Below, piece by piece: positions 27,206-42,500 of a stretch of 64,000 nucleotides of DNA (position 1 is its first letter; each line of letters begins with the position of its first letter). Position numbers and translations under genes: made by a program. Origin of the DNA: Azolla caroliniana (Eukaryota; Plantae; Polypodiophyta); contig JBHGNT010000001.1 in NCBI GenBank assembly GCA_043228905.1, positions 36,456,001 to 36,520,000 on the forward strand, given 5' to 3'. A model generated the notes under the pieces. It had not been told where the DNA came from. It was given only the letters and a program-made list of their open reading frames with translations, and did no database searches.

Positions 27206-30200
27206 CTAACAACAACTGCTCTTCTGCTGAACTGGTTGTCCATGAATCGGGACAAGCTTTGGCTTATTTGAGTTTGTTGCTGGTTGACTGGCCATTCTGA
27301 GTGTGCATAACCATTGGTGACATCAGATTGTGTGTAAAGAGAAAGATGAATGCATAAAGTACAAGCTTTAAAATAAATGGATCTGTTTTTTTGTAAGATG
27401 TTTTAAATAAATGAGTGTTTCTTCAAAACTGTAATAGAGCTTAAAAACATATGAACACTGTTGAAACTTCTTTGATAACCTTCAAAATAAGGAGCACTTT
27501 CAGAACCTTTTAGAACCGAACATTTTTTAACAATATGTATGTAAGTGCTTCTAAAACTTTTCTATTACCTAAGCATTTTTAAAAATTGTAAATATATAAG
27601 CACTTTCAGAACTTATTTGATAAATGGACCTTTTACCTGTTCTTGATTTGTTCTGCCATAGTCATGAATGCATCCTCAACGTTGGTTGCATTCTTTGCAC
27701 TTGTCTCCAAGAAAGGAATCCCAATTTCATCAGCAAAGGCCTATAACCAAATAGAAGGAAACAGAAGAATACCAAAACATAAAACAATGGCTCACAAAAG
27801 GGAGACACATGAATCAAAATCTAAGTCTTACCTTTGCAGTCTCAGTATCTACTACTTTTTTGGCAGTTAAATCGTTTTTATTGCCAACCAACAATTTATT
27901 CACATTGTCATTCGCATAACGTTCTATTTCATTCAACCATTGCTTCACATTGTTGAAGCTTTCCTGGTCTGTCACATCATAAACAATCTGCAAAGAAAAC
28001 AACATGATGCATCATCAAAATTCTTGCTATCTCATTAAGGAATATTTTATATTTAGCATACATACAATGATTCCATGCGCGCCCCTGTAGTAGCTACTTG
28101 TTATTGTCCTGAATCGTTCTTGACCAGCAGTATCCCACTGAATTCAAAGAGAAACAGCTCTATCTTAGAACATGAAAACATTAAACATGATTATTGTGTA
28201 CTAGACTTTAGAACAAACCTACTACAGTGCTATTTAGTCGCACATAATCAGTTTTACGAAAATATAATATTTATTTAAGCTTGAATCAAAAGAGGTCTCA
28301 TTTATTAATGGCAGTATCCATACATACTTTCAGATACAATGAACAAAAGAATACTTTCCAACAATAACATTAGTAAAGTTTCACCATTGCCATGATTTGG
28401 CAAGGTGTCGACATGGGAGCATGTAAAGTCAATATTTACGAAATGAGTGAAAATTCCCATGTTTTTTAAGCATTGCAAAAAGAGCTAATCTGATGGGGTT
28501 TTTTAAGAAAAAGAAAAAACTACCCTTCTCCTGCAGCAGGGTTGAGTTCAGAAGAAAGATTCCGTAGCTCACTTGTTTTATCAAATATGGCAAAATTTAT
28601 CCAAGGTACGACTCCGGTATTTGTTGTAGTAACTAGGACGGGTTTAGTGAACACAAATGTGGCTAAAAGTCTAGGTATAGGTGAAACCTTTATTTTAGCT
28701 GATCAACATGAAGATCAAGTAGCATACTACAGTAAGGGAAAGACTTTACACCAAGCACGCTATAGTAGTTGCAATACTACATGGTGAGCAAATATGCATG
28801 GGTAAGTCTTGATACATAGTCCCTCAAGCTTTTAAGGCTCTCAAAGTGTTAAAGAAATGTAAGAGAACTCCATTAAGCTTTTCAAAATGTGAATATAAAT
28901 AAATATCAAAGGTAGGTACATTTAAGAAAACATTTAAATGATTCATGACACTTTGACAGAAGGGAAACATGTATATCCTGTGTTTCCTATCATTTAAATT
29001 CACAATTATGAAACAATGTTCTAAGGCCTTGCTACGTGGAAACCGAAGCTTTAAAAAAGTCAGTTTTCATGAAGCACATGTAATACTGTATCATGTGGGT
29101 AGAATTGTTTTGAGAGCACTCTTTTATAGCAGTCAAACTGCATGCACCAAACAGCAGAGAAGATGTAACATGCCTACTTTCATAGTATACATACCCAAAT
29201 ATATATATATATATATATCATGGCAATGTGCACTTGCACTTAAAGAATAGCAATAGTTTGATGGCTTGGATGCTTAAGACAGTGATATGCATTGCGCCAT
29301 TAAACATGATGTCAAGTTAACAGCATTGTCTGCCAGGTTAAAAACAATGGATACTCACTATTTGAAGCTTGATAGTCTTGCTGTCAAGATCTACTGTACG
29401 GATTTTCTGCAAAGTCACAAAGCCATTATAGGATCACGATCTAAAGGTAGAGAATTTCAATATGACCATAAATCAGCAGGTTAATTTGATCAGTATAGAG
29501 TATGATAGACTCACAAAGTCAACACCAATAGTACTAATGTAGCTCTCGAGGTAGGAATCATCCTGAATATCAGGCTTCCAATCAGAGGCTTGGGCAAAAT
29601 CATTCAATCATCTCCAAGTAACAAAAGAAAAGAAACTAGCTCACCGCAAACCGAAGCAAAAGGCATGACTTTCCCACGCCAGAATCACCAATGAGCAACA
29701 GCTTGAAAAGATAATCACTGCAATATTTATCAAATTTAGATATCGCAGAGAAAATCATTTCAGAATCAATTGTTTTCAGATGTAAATAACAACTTTATTT
29801 ATGCTTCAGAGGATTCAAAAGGATCTCTTCCTATGGCCCTTTATATGCAACGATGCCCACATAAATCCATGATTTCTTACGTGCATTCAAAAGCTTTCTA
29901 TCTAATCAGTAAAATAATAGTTGCTGAGAAAAACTAGGAATGATTTGACGCAACAAAAATGCTCTAGGATCTTCCATATAATCAAAAGCTTAGGAAAAAA
30001 GAATAGATTCTTCGCTTTGCTTCAGGAAATGCATCGTAAAAAGTTCGGGAAAAATAACAGATTCTTAGATGTGCAACATACAACCATTTATATGCAATAA
30101 TGAGGAAAAGGCCATGATTTCAGATGTGAATTTGAAAACATTTCTACCAGATCCGATCTGGAAAACATATTGACTAGACAGAGGTGGAGGATTGAAGAAA

Positions 30201-31443
30201 TGAAAGGCTGTTTTTATAGGGTTTCAGCCAGTCCATATCACAAATAAGTGATCAACCAAATAAAATAAAAACCTTCAACGAGCTTTGCTTGCTGAACAAT
30301 CTACACGTAGAGCATTGCTTGTCACGAGGCCATTCATAGGATGCATGCTTTTTACGAGGCCATTTAAGAGAGACAACATTCTCTATGCACCGATTAGGAA
30401 ATTGTTTGAAGCTTTAAAGCAGAGGAAATGTTGTTCTTGTAGAGCTATTAAATAACTGATCAACAAATAGAAAAACATTAGATGCGTAAGATTTCCAGAA
30501 CATGCATGGGAATCACCTTCATATGGTCTTCACATGCAAGAGTGAGCAAATTGTGACTAAAATACTTGCCAGAACAGATCTGTTGAGACTGTCTCTTCAA
30601 CAGATGCGTGTCTGAAATAGCATGCAGTCTTAGATAATCTTTTTGAAAGCAAAAAGGGTCATTTTTCTGTAGTTCGACACAGTAAAAGTTTAGCAAAGAG
30701 ATTACCAAACATACTTCCAAGAGATAGATAAGAAGCTTCTGAGACACACATACAAGACATAACTTCATACAACGATCCGTATGCAATCGTGAACAGAAAT
30801 CCAATTATTTGTGATATGCATCTAAAGACTTCTGTACAGACCCGATCTTGCAATGCTTGAAAATATAGAGCAACGAAAATTGTACTTTTCTAGGGTTTTT
30901 CATATAGCAAAAGGATCGATCCGAGAATAGTTGATTATCTTGAAACTACCGATCTTGCAATGCTTGAAAATATAAAGTAACGAAAATTGTACTTTTCTAG
31001 GATTTTTCATATAGCAAAAGGATCGATCCGAGAATAGTTGATTATCTTGAAACTATAAACGCAAAACTTTGTTTCGGCTGTGCATTAATAAGAAACACAA
31101 AAGAGTTTCTTTCCGGCGAAAATATACGGAAAATCGGATCTCTAGAGAATGTCGGGAAATGCCACGTCTGGAAACCATGAAATTTTTTCTTCCGTAGATA
31201 TTGGAGTAAAATAAAGCAAAAGAAGAAACGACTGCTTTTCTAGAACTTCAGCCACTAAAAGCAAGCTAAACTGGCAAATAATTGGTCAGAGGAGTGGATC
31301 GGGAGCCATAGAACGAGAAATTCAGGTGACGGAAACCTCGATTTGCAGAAATAAGCAATGATGACAAAGAAAATTATCATAACGGAAGCAGATCTCAGAG
31401 AGAGAGAGAGAGAGAGAGAGAGCACTTACTATTCTGGATTCAT
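27206..31443 (-). CDS. RABD2: Rab1/RabD2-type small GTPase (201 aa)
   Basis: Exons 31443-31430, 29717-29645, 29562-29515, 29406-29359, 28137-28066, 27987-27832, 27740-27637, 27296-27206 (606 nt). [62 protein letters not shown] and C-terminal CC prenylation motif. Confidence 0.98.
30842..31055. repeat. Near-perfect 107-bp tandem duplication in RabD intron 1
   Basis: ccgatcttgcaatgcttgaaaatata...gattatcttgaaacta occurs twice with about 3 mismatches. Confidence 0.95.
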
Positions 31444-31671
31444 TGTCGGAACAGGAAAGGAAGACTTCCTTCACGAGTTTAATCCTTCGCACGGAAGGAG
31501 ATTAGTATGGAAAACTCGAGGGAGGTGAAGAAGGGAGGTGAAGAAGGGAGGAGAAGGAAGGAAGCAATGGACGACGGCTATCTTCTGCTTCCTTTATGCA
31601 GAGATTGTACAGGAATGACAGATGGCGAGGTAGAGCCTACCTCTTGATCAATAGATCGATGCAGAGAAAAT

Positions 31672-31674
<3 letters not shown>

Positions 31675-31751
<77 letters not shown>

Positions 31752-31870
31752 ATGGATGCCCTTCCTCGTGGGTTGCCTGTCAGTTGTGGCCTTACTACGT
31801 GCATACACACATACACACATACATACATACATACATACATACATACATGCATGCATGCATGCATGCATGC
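31675..31870. repeat. Compound microsatellites (CT)n(CA)n and (CATA)n(CATG)n upstream of RabD
   Basis: Directly visible runs. Confidence 0.95.
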
Positions 31871-31940
31871 ATAAAATGGAAGTGGATGATATCATAGTAT
31901 AGATTGTAGAGATTTATGTAGATTGGCTTCCATCCATGTC

Positions 31941-32099
31941 CACTAGCCACCATATTATAGTAGATATGGGTTTTTGAACCCCATGTCGATCGGCCCACTC
32001 ATTCGGAAGTAGTTGATGTCACTAGCCACCATATTATAGTAGATATGGGTTTTTGAACCCCATGTCGATCGGCCCACTCATTCGGAAGTAGTTGATGTC
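31941..32099. repeat. Perfect ~79-bp tandem duplication
   Basis: cactagccaccatattatagtagatatggg...ttcggaagtagttgatgt repeated twice. Confidence 0.95.
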
Positions 32100-35000
32100 A
32101 ATCGAGTGTGCGTTTTGCTATTTTACTACTATTGTTGAGTACTTGTTAGACATTACTCTCCTCATGCCGCCTTTGTTGGCATTGACCTGCATAGCCTGAT
32201 AGAATGCTATGAACTTAAATTAGGTGTACTCAATTGACCAAACAAATGTGAAATGAACTTAGGGCAAATCATTGTTGTGATTGAGTTGAGCAGCATCTCA
32301 CCCTTCCAAAACCACTATTGGTGCATCGCCAATACACCATACACCTCGAATTACGTAAATAAAGAGAGTGACCTTGGTTATGTTGCAAAATGAGTCAAGA
32401 TGGTGGAATGGAGACTTCCCAATAAATGTCAATTAACTTCTCTAGTTCTTGGGAGCCCAATAATATTTCTTGTTCTCAATAGCCATTGATAAACGATAGG
32501 TTCACTAATGTAGGTTGCAAAACACCATTTGGAAAACCATCTTGAACTTCCCCAAATGATGTGACAAATGCCTAATGTTTCTACCCATTGTTGGCAATCC
32601 TCCTGATCTCACTTTGCAAGACCCCAATTTTTTAGCCTAAACCAACGTAGATTTCCATGCTTCAACTACTTCACCACTAAAAGGATGTTCCCACACTCTT
32701 GTTTAATTGGTCAACCTCCCCATCACCCCACCAAAACAGGTCAACATAAGTTTTGATGCTTCGAATCATAATGGACTTCACCAATGACTATTGTTATCAA
32801 GCGCTACTCCATAGCATGTTTTTGATATATAGTAGATTTCACAAGTATAATCAATATACTCATGGTCATTCCATCAATGTAAATAAAGGACGTATTAGGA
32901 GAAAGGCGGCTTATCATTGGCCTCTAGTCAAGCTACCTACCTCCCATTATCGATAAGATTTTGAAACTATTATAACTCATTAGCCTTCAAGCACACCCCT
33001 CAATAAATATTTTTCTCACATGATTTGATGTGTAACCACTTCATTGGCCATAAGTTAGACTTTTTTTAGCCACAAAATTAAAATGAACGACATGGCATTG
33101 CCACCAATTAATATCCAACGTCTCCAAGTTGTCACCCTATACATAATGCATTAATCGTTAGACCACTTATTACCCGCCAAATGCCTCATGGATACATCCA
33201 ATGCTATATAATAATATCGGTGTATTATAAGAGATGTATGAAAGTCACCTCTGTGACTCCTCTCATATTATTCTTGTTTCTACATGCTTAAGCTTAAGTT
33301 TTCTTTTGAAAATGTGTATTGCTTGCTCTTGTATCAAACTCAACCCATTAATCGCGTGTGATTCCTCTCATTCTTGTTGTGAGATTATTGCATTGTCATG
33401 TAACTAAGGGTGACTAAAAGTATCACAATTGAGGGTATATATTCCTTAATGTCTCAATCGTGAATATGTAAGGTTGACTTGTTGTCATGTTCAACATCAA
33501 TGTAGTTGCTCGAGCTCGAAGAAGTAGGACAATATCCTTTGTGTATATTATTTGAATCATGTGAAGTGGCATGCCACTCATATACATATTGGAAAAGTAT
33601 ATCTGCAACATTTGCATGCACACATATTTGTATATTGAATAAAGTGTGCTATAACCAACATTTGGAGAGTGCCTATACGAGTTTTTCAAATACTCTTAGG
33701 AAGGTGATATGCTAAGTCGATACTTTTGATAGACTTTTTTAACTTTATGGCCTCATAATTACATTCCTTCATAAAAGTGCGAAGCCTAAGTTATGTGGCA
33801 AAGAAAATATACACTTCTACAAGGACATCCAAGATTGTGAAAATTCTCCATAACAATCCCAACTGTTACAAAGCATATAAAATCAGACTTGTCTTTTACA
33901 CTTTGTGCTAGTGAGGATGAAAATTCATAAGGGGAAAGTGTTAATAAACCATCATCATACTACATGATAAATATGAATAAAATTTTAGATCTATACTACA
34001 AAAGAGTATATGATCATGTAGTGTAAATGCTCGCATTTGTGATATTACATGTCGTGGATTAAGAGTCTCGATCGATTGGTTTGATGTCTTTCTAAACTTA
34101 TGTGAGATAATGCACACTAACAATTAGCTTTTACCATGATTGTCTTTTAAATTTAAATGCTACAAAATGGCACTCATACTTTATGTTCCATACTAATAAA
34201 TTGGGGTTTTCTCCATATTATTTTTCATTGAAATAAGCAATCACATTAAAACAATGTATCTAGGACAAAAATACATAAATTTAGCGCTCATGGGACAAAA
34301 GTAGGATTATGTATAAAAGTTAACACAAATGTTCAAGTTTTAGAGCTTCATTTTCATTGTCTAAGAGCGGCATCATGGATGTATGATGTATATAGCTTAG
34401 GGAGTTGTATATGTTGTTATTGAACTCCCCTCAAAGGATGATACGATACTTATGTATGGACTTTGTAAAAGGAAACAACAAAGGTGGAGGGTTCACCTTT
34501 GTTGCATGGGTTGAATCAAAATTAAATTTCAGTTCTATTTGATAATGACTTTTCAAACACATAACCATTTGAATAGGACCCAAATGGGGCGAGGATTAGT
34601 TATATTTCCAATCAGTTCGAGGGCAAAATGCATATGTTACCATTTGTAATGACAAATCAAGTTCATCCCATTGACTGTCCAAAGGACTCAACAGTGAGTG
34701 ACACACAATTCCATCACTTCGCCCTTTCCATGCATCTCGACATTCCATATGGTCTTTTGCACAAACCTTGAAGCACTCCCAATATACCGAGCGGATTTTA
34801 GAACACGAGGTCATGGAAAATACTCTCTCCTAATCCTTAAATATTCTAGATACACATAACAAAATCCACATTAGGATGTAAATAGTTAGGGTAAAAAATG
34901 AGCACAAATAGGATGATCTAGAGAGTTTCTTTAGACACATTATGGCAAGAGATTCATTTAGTCTACGTGAACAATATATCTAGCTCTCAAATCCATACAT

Positions 35001-35154
35001 ATGCCTCCCAAGCCTATATTTCATTATGAGAATAAAAACAGTCATTGACAATCGATCCATGTATGGATAGGGGGAATCCATCTATAAGGGCAATAATACA
35101 AGTACACTCGGGTACAAAAGCTCACATATTGAGGACAATAAATAGATCTACATT

Positions 35155-35279
35155 TACTAGGTACGCGAGGCTACATCGAGATGATGGTTGGATATGTGGC
35201 CCATGTATTGTGCCAAATTACTAGGTGCGCGAGGCTACATAGAGATGACGGTCGGATATGTAGCCCATGTATTGTGCCA
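35155..35279. repeat. Tandem duplication of a ~63-bp unit
   Basis: ttactaggt.cgcgaggctacat.gagatga.ggt.ggatatgt.gcccatgtattgtgcca repeated twice. Confidence 0.9.
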
Positions 35280-36581
35280 TCAATAGAATATATTTTACAT
35301 ATGCCATATGTGAGGAGGACACCATCAATTCTAGCGGAGGCCGGGGATCTGGCAATGGAGACTACTATCTACGGCGGTGATGATCAAGGTCTTCTGCATT
35401 AAATCTCACAATACATTCATTAGACATATACATAGGTAGATAGAGATAGATGGTGGTGGCATGAAGTAATTAAGCAAAACATGGGTTAGCTGAATTTGTC
35501 CCCTGTTTTCCTAAATGAAAGAAAAGTAATATGTATGTATGTAAATCTAAAGTATGTATGTATGTATGTATGACTCTTGTGTCCTGGGAGAGAGAGTTTG
35601 AAGGGAGGGAATTGTTTCTGCGGGATCTGCTCTACTTTGCTCTGCTCTGCCCTGTTCTGTCCTGAAGCTTTCCTTCAGTTCTGATTTGGTGATTTTCTCG
35701 GTCTTCCTCCTCCTCCTCCTCCTTTCGCTTTGTTCCTTTTGCTTTTCTTCTATTCGTTTGACTTCTGTCTCTGCCGTGTTTCCATGTCCAGTCAATCTAT
35801 TCTCACTGGCTTTTTAGGGTTTTGGCAAGTAAAATCAGTCCCAGTCCCAGTCTCCCTTTATGTATGCCGTTTTTCAACAGACACCATTAGATCTAGAAGA
35901 GAGCTTTTCATTTTCCACGTCTCTGTCAAAAAGAAGGAATATTCAGTGTTGATGCCCTCCCCCCTTTCCTTCCATTCATCAAGAAGACTTTATAAATCTA
36001 GCCAAAGATTCGGTCATACGATCAAATCTCCTGGATGGCCTATGCTAACATATTTCATTCCTGACGAGCTTTATCGATGAAAAAACAACACTTTTCCGGT
36101 AAAGCTACACAGTTTTCTGATGAAAAAAAATACGGGTTTCTGGTTTTAGAAACATAGCTGTCTGTTGAAAAAACATAGTTGATGATAGACCAAGTCAGCT
36201 CCCTGATGAAAATTCACAGTATCATGGGGAATTAGGACAGTTTCTGATGGAAAAATACAGTTTTCTTGTAAATTAACCATTTCCCTGATGAAAAACACGG
36301 TGTTCTGATGAAAAATGTTGTGGAGTGATCACTGTATGCTGCATGAAGAATCATTATTTCCTAACGGAAAACCCTCTTGTGTTTTGGATGCTATCTAGGT
36401 CAAGTGTATGTGGATCACCATATTCCAGCTTACTGCTACCCATCTCTATAGAAGAACGGAGACGTCTTTTCAAGTGAATCGTGAAGAAGGCTCACTCTTA
36501 AAATAAAGAGAGCAATTCTTTATTTCCCATTGAATGTGGGATAGGTAATGAACTGATAAGTGTGGAACAAATTTTCGAGCT

Positions 36582-39500
36582 ATGGCAGGGCGCCCCGCTG
36601 GAATCAACCCTCCTGGTAAGTTGAGAAATCCTTATCTTGTAGACTGCTCCCTCTCTCTATATTTACTGTAATTTTTCTCCGTAAATTGTATTTTTTTCTG
36701 TATTTTGGCTACATTATTTGTGTTAATTCCTACTGTTTTACCACATAGTCTGTATTAATAATCCGCCATTTTTACGCATATGAACTGTTTTGTTTTGCTT
36801 TATTATGTTTGCCTTTTTCTGTAACTTTGCTTACATTGCTTTGGGCTCTTTTTCTGTAACATTACTACATATATGACATTATTATTTTTGCAATCTTGCT
36901 GCATAGTTTGGAAACGGTTTCTGTGTTTTATTCTCTTAATTTTGCAACGTAACTGTGTTTCGTATTTTGTGCTTGTTTTCCGTAATTTTGTCACACAATT
37001 TGTGCTCTTCCTCTGTAAATTTGATATACACATGCTACATAATTTGTGTTTTTTCTGTAAGTTTTCCATACTATTTGTGCCTTTCTTTGTAAAATTTGTG
37101 AACAATACATGTGTTTTTCCATACTATTTGTGCCTTAGAGGAAACTCCGTTTCTGTTTTTTTTGTGACATTATTTATGCTTATTTTGTAAGCTTGCTGCA
37201 GAATTTGTTTACTTTTTAGGGTTTTCTCTATGTTCAGTCAGGGTCTATTGCTTTTTGAAGCTCAGCTATTCTTTTTAGGTATTTTTTTCTGTGTGTAGAG
37301 TTACACTCTCGTCAATGGTTTAATGAGTCTATGTGATTCTTATTTTTTGAAGGTAAGCTTTGTTTTTTTAAGGGTTTCGTTTTTATGGCCCTGTAAATTT
37401 GTAAATTTAGCCCCAATTTATTTTGCACTTTTCTGCGCTGCTTTATAGTTTTACTTTGTGTCTTTAAATGCAACTGATTGGGACATTTAGCCCTTATTAG
37501 GGTTTCTTTCCTATCCTTCCCAGGAGATTTAATCTTTCTTGGGGCAGTTCTAATAGTTCTATATTGTTTTAGATGTTCCAGCAGAAGTCGTTTACCTTTT
37601 TAGGGTTCCATTTTTACCCATTTATAAAGCCGTGCTATGCTTGATAGTGCTCTTATGTAGGTCTTTTTCTAATGTATAAAGTTGTTCTCTGTGAGTATTC
37701 AGGTGTTAGGCAGTACATTATTTGACTAAGGATTTGGCATGATTAGGTCTAGACTTTTGTGGCATTTTTTCATTCACAGTCGTTTTATGGTCTGAACTGA
37801 GACTTCATTTTCTTATTCTGACTTTTCAGCTCTTAAAATCAAGCTGAAACCACGCCCAGAGAACCATAACAATAATTCTACACCACAACCACCAGTAGCG
37901 TTGTTCCAAAATAAATCAAATTTGATTCACCAGAAATCTGAAGAGGAAGAGGAAGAAGAAGAAGAGGAGGAAGAAGAGGGAGTAAGGAGAGAAGAGGGGA
38001 ACAAGAGGAAGTGCTCCTCACCAGTTTCATCGCCTGTCTCGAAAAGGAGTTTTAGGGAAACATCTCAAGAACCTGTATCAGAAGAGTCGGAGGAAAATTT
38101 TCTTGCACCCTCGGGATTACCAGAGGTATTGGAAGATAAATCGGAGCAGTTATCGTCAGATCCTCTTCTTATCAAGCATAGGTTGCGGCATTACCATGCA
38201 TCAATCATTAGTTTAATTAAAAAAGAAAAACAGGCTAGAGTGGAGGATGACAGTATTAGACCCAAGAGACGTAGGATCCCTTCCATTTTATTGGAGAATA
38301 TTTCCCACGGCCAGTTACAAGTTATTTCAGTTATCCCTTCCAGAGTGGGCGCTTCTAGTCAGGATGACATAAGTCAGAATGATTCTACATTACGGCTGCC
38401 TATGGATGTTACCAACAGTCATCCATTTGCGTCATGGTCAAGGCCAGATCTTAGACCTTTTAAAAGCCACGATATTGCGGTCATACCCACTCACGCAAGT
38501 AATTATTATTTGACTCAATGTCTTGTTGCTTTTATAATGTGGTTATGCATAGACATTCAAACAAATCTATTTTGTTAAAAATTTTACCCCAGGTTGGTTC
38601 GCATGGGATCACATTCACAAGCTTGAAAGACAGGCTATGCCCCAGCTTTTCTATGGAAAGTCCAAATTGCAATCCATTGAAGCTTTCATTCAGGCGAGGA
38701 ATGCTATAATAAAGAAATACAGATCAAATCCTCAGATACCTGTTAGTCTTCCTGACATACAAGGGATTGCTAATCTTTCTGACAAAGATTTGGGACATAT
38801 TTTAGATTTCTTGGTTCAGTGGGGTCTTGTAAATTACCAAGTGGAAGCAAGCTCGGAATCAGCTGGATTCAAGTATCCGACGAAGGTTCCAGTATACCTT
38901 GTGGAGGATGCATTTGGTGTGCTGAGTGCCTCAGAGCTTTCTTTAAATCCACTGGAATACTTATATCAGTTTGAACCTTTGCAAGCTCCAGCCATGGCTT
39001 TGAAGAGTTTACCGGCAAATGAAGAGTCTTCAACTGTTGTCGCTGAAAATATGGTGAAGGGAGCAAGTTGTGGGTCTATTATAGGCACATCTGGAAACCC
39101 CTGCAGTGCATGCTCGAGAGACTGTTCTCAACATCACTTCTATTGTGAAAAGCAGGTCCTAGCTCATGTGTTTTTTTTCCATGTTCCTGAATGTTTCTCT
39201 CTGCAAACTGGATTTATTTTTGAATTTTGTTATGGGTCTAGCCTCAAATAAAAAAGTGCTAGGTATGAAGATATGATAGGATAAAATATACTCAGAAAGT
39301 TTGAGACTTACCTTGGCAACCTATGATCCAATCCAATGAATGCATGCTGTAGACCAATATTTACCATATTCTGCCTCTTGAGTGATGACTGCATGAAGCT
39401 GGAGATGAGAGATAATGGTCAATGTCCAGTATTTTTTTCGCTGTATCTAGTGTGTTTTTGCTGGATATCTTTGTAATGATGATTCACCCAGTTTATTCAT

Positions 39501-42500
39501 ACTATAACAAAGAAGTTTATTTCATGTTCAGTCTAGGTTTATTGTCACTACTAAGAAGACTTCTTGGTTTCAATAATGCTCCAACTTTTAGGTTTCTTTA
39601 TGCATACATATTAAATGTTTGCATGCATGCATGGGCGCTTTTGTCAAGCCAAAAGAAGACATGGTGTATACGTGCATCATAAACTTTTAAGCTAAGTCAT
39701 TGATGGCTCTTGAGCTCTTAAGTTGTTGGGCCTCCTTTACATGGAGATAGTCATGTTGCATGCCATAAACTCCTCTCTAATCTTGGTTGGTCCTTATTGA
39801 TGGTATCAACAAATAGTTTATATCAGTCTATAGTTGGACTGACACACACCACATTTCAGCTCTATATAGATGGGGGCCACTTGGTAACAATTTTATGTTT
39901 CTTAAGTACATGATTGAGACAATTTCACATTTCTCTTCAAAAGCAAACTAAAGCCTAAAGGCTAACGTGCATGCATAATCAATTATATTCTTTTGACAGG
40001 GAGATTATATTTTATGTTATGATTGCTATGGTGATGGGAAGCTTGGCATTGGAATGACCACAACAGATTTTGTTCCTTCAGATGGGTCGTCTGGTGAGGC
40101 AATAGATCTCTGTGATAATGGTAATTGGAGTGATCATGAGACCTTATTGCTACTAGAAGCCCTTGAAATCCATGGAGACAATTGGGCCGAGGTCTCTGAA
40201 TTTGTAGGAACAAAGTCAAAAGCTCAGTGCATCTCTCAGTTCATTGGATTGTCAATTGAAGATAGATTTTTTGAAGACATGGAATTACCGAGCTCATTTA
40301 CAACAGTAAAAATGAAGCAAGCAGAAGAATGTTCAAATACTATTATTGATCTAGAATCTAGAGTACCGGATGGATCAGACCAGATAAATTCAGAGGAGTC
40401 GCAAGGAGAGCCAGAAATAAATGTAGCATTCGAAGGGGCAAATAACCCGGTGATGTCTTTGGTATTTTTCTTCACCAAATGGCTTGCGGAAGGCATACTC
40501 TATTTTCTGTGTTGAGCTAGTTTTAAATAGCTATATACAATTCAACATGTAATTTTCCTCTTGCTCTTGTATTATGTAGGTAGCATTTCTAGCAGCTACA
40601 GTAGGACCTCGGGTAGCAGCTGTTGCTGCTCATGCTGCACTTGCAAGACTCTCAGAAGAATACAAAGCCTCTGAGTAAGAGACACAATCATATATCTGAC
40701 CTATTTTGAGAGAACCAAATGATTGTTGCTCAGTCGTAAGAATGTCTGGCATAGACTAGAAGATCATGGGTTCAATCCCTACATTCATCTTTGTCATCTA
40801 GTAATTTAGTGCAATCAGCAATGTTTCATCCAGGTTAAGGGAGAGAGAGACAGAGTCTTTAGTATTTATTAAAAGGGCAAATTCAGCATATGAGACAGAT
40901 CAGTTATACACAGATGTATGTTCCTCTGTGATTAGGGTACACCAAAAATAGTACAACAGCGATAACAATGAAATGTGAGACTCGTATATGATCCCCCAGA
41001 ACAATCAGAGAGATTTATGTCGAATATAGATGAAGCTTGATTACTAATATGGGTAGCTTTAGGTTACCCATAATAGATAAAAGATCTAGGTTTCCTAAAG
41101 ATCCATGATAATGATCTTCATGCATGAGGTTGGCTTTACAATCAGTATTGATTCTTGAGATGGTTTTACAAGCATAAAGTGTATAACTACTATTGGAGTA
41201 GTGGTGGGGAGGGGGCATGGGAACGGATGGGATGAGTGGTGGTGAGTGCGCAAAGTTCATATGGCTGTGCCTATCTGGGGGGCTGAGAATACTGTTGAAT
41301 AGCACTTCGTATGGAGATCCTGGAATTATGCATTATTCCAGACATACCGTCTTAAAGCATTGCGATGTTTTAGAAATGTATGAGATTTGAAAGACCAGGA
41401 TTATGTTATCATCATAAAGAGGAATCTAGATGCAGTTATCTAATATGTGAATTCCCTTGCCACCACCATGTATGTTGGTGTAGAGTCTGAAGAGTCTGCT
41501 ATCTCGTTGATGTAGAGCCTGAAGAGGAATCTAGATGCAGTTATCTAATATGTGAATTCCCTTGCCACCACCATGATGCAGTTATCTAATATGTTATCAT
41601 CATAAAGAGGAATCTAGATGCAGTTATCTAATATGTGAATTCCCTTGCCACCACCATGTATGTTGGTGTAGAGTCTGAAGAGTCTGCTATCTCGTTGATG
41701 TATGTTGGTGTAGAGTCTGAAGAGTCTGCTATCTCGTTGACGCTGATGGTGTTTTGTGATGACCTCTTGTAACCCCCTAGACATCTAACTTGTCCCCATA
41801 CTTGATCATAAAATGCATATATTGCCACATCATGTCAGAGGGAATTGTGAGTGCACGGAGTTTGTATGGGAGTCATTCTTTTGGCACAATACCAAAAACC
41901 TTCAGGAAATCAGAAACAACCAAACAATCTTTTCTTTTGTGTCTTGGCTTGGTTCACAAAGCACTTGATTGGCCCACTGATATATTGTTAAACAATGGCA
42001 GAGTCTCTGCTCATTAAGATAGATAGATAGAGAGCTTTAATGTCCACGGGAGACTGACTTTGATGGAACAAGGTTTCCTACTCCATGGCAAGGATCAAAC
42101 TTTGGTTCTGTTCAAAGTTCTGACTTTGATGCTATGGTGTAAACCGCCAAGCCAACAGCCCCCCCCCCCCCCCCCCACACACACACACAGTAGAAAATTA
42201 ATGAGATTTGAGTATGAGTTTATAAAAATATGGCTTACCACTCTGGTTTGCCGTAGTGCGATAAAAGAGAGAGAGAATCTTGAACTTGGCAGGTCGATTG
42301 TCAATGGGCAGGATCATAATGTAGGCATGAGGTCAACATCTCAAACAACAGAAAACGCCTCAGGTTCTTTGTTGTATGGTTTGTTTTTAATTGGAAAATT
42401 TGATGTGGTTGTTGCCTGTTCCAGAAACACTAAATGTGTGTTAACAATCTTTTGCTTCCAGGCAAGAGTACTAAGAAAGATGGCTATCAGTTTCATCTAT

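Noticed and set aside
34596-34814. Cys/Trp-containing ORF, possibly a LINE zinc-knuckle remnant (similar traces at ~1150-1400 and ~57900-58100)
   Set aside because: Similarity too weak to support without a profile search.
40721-40790. Functional tRNA gene
   Set aside because: A/B-box-like motifs are present, but acceptor and anticodon stems do not pair; treated as a SINE-like remnant.
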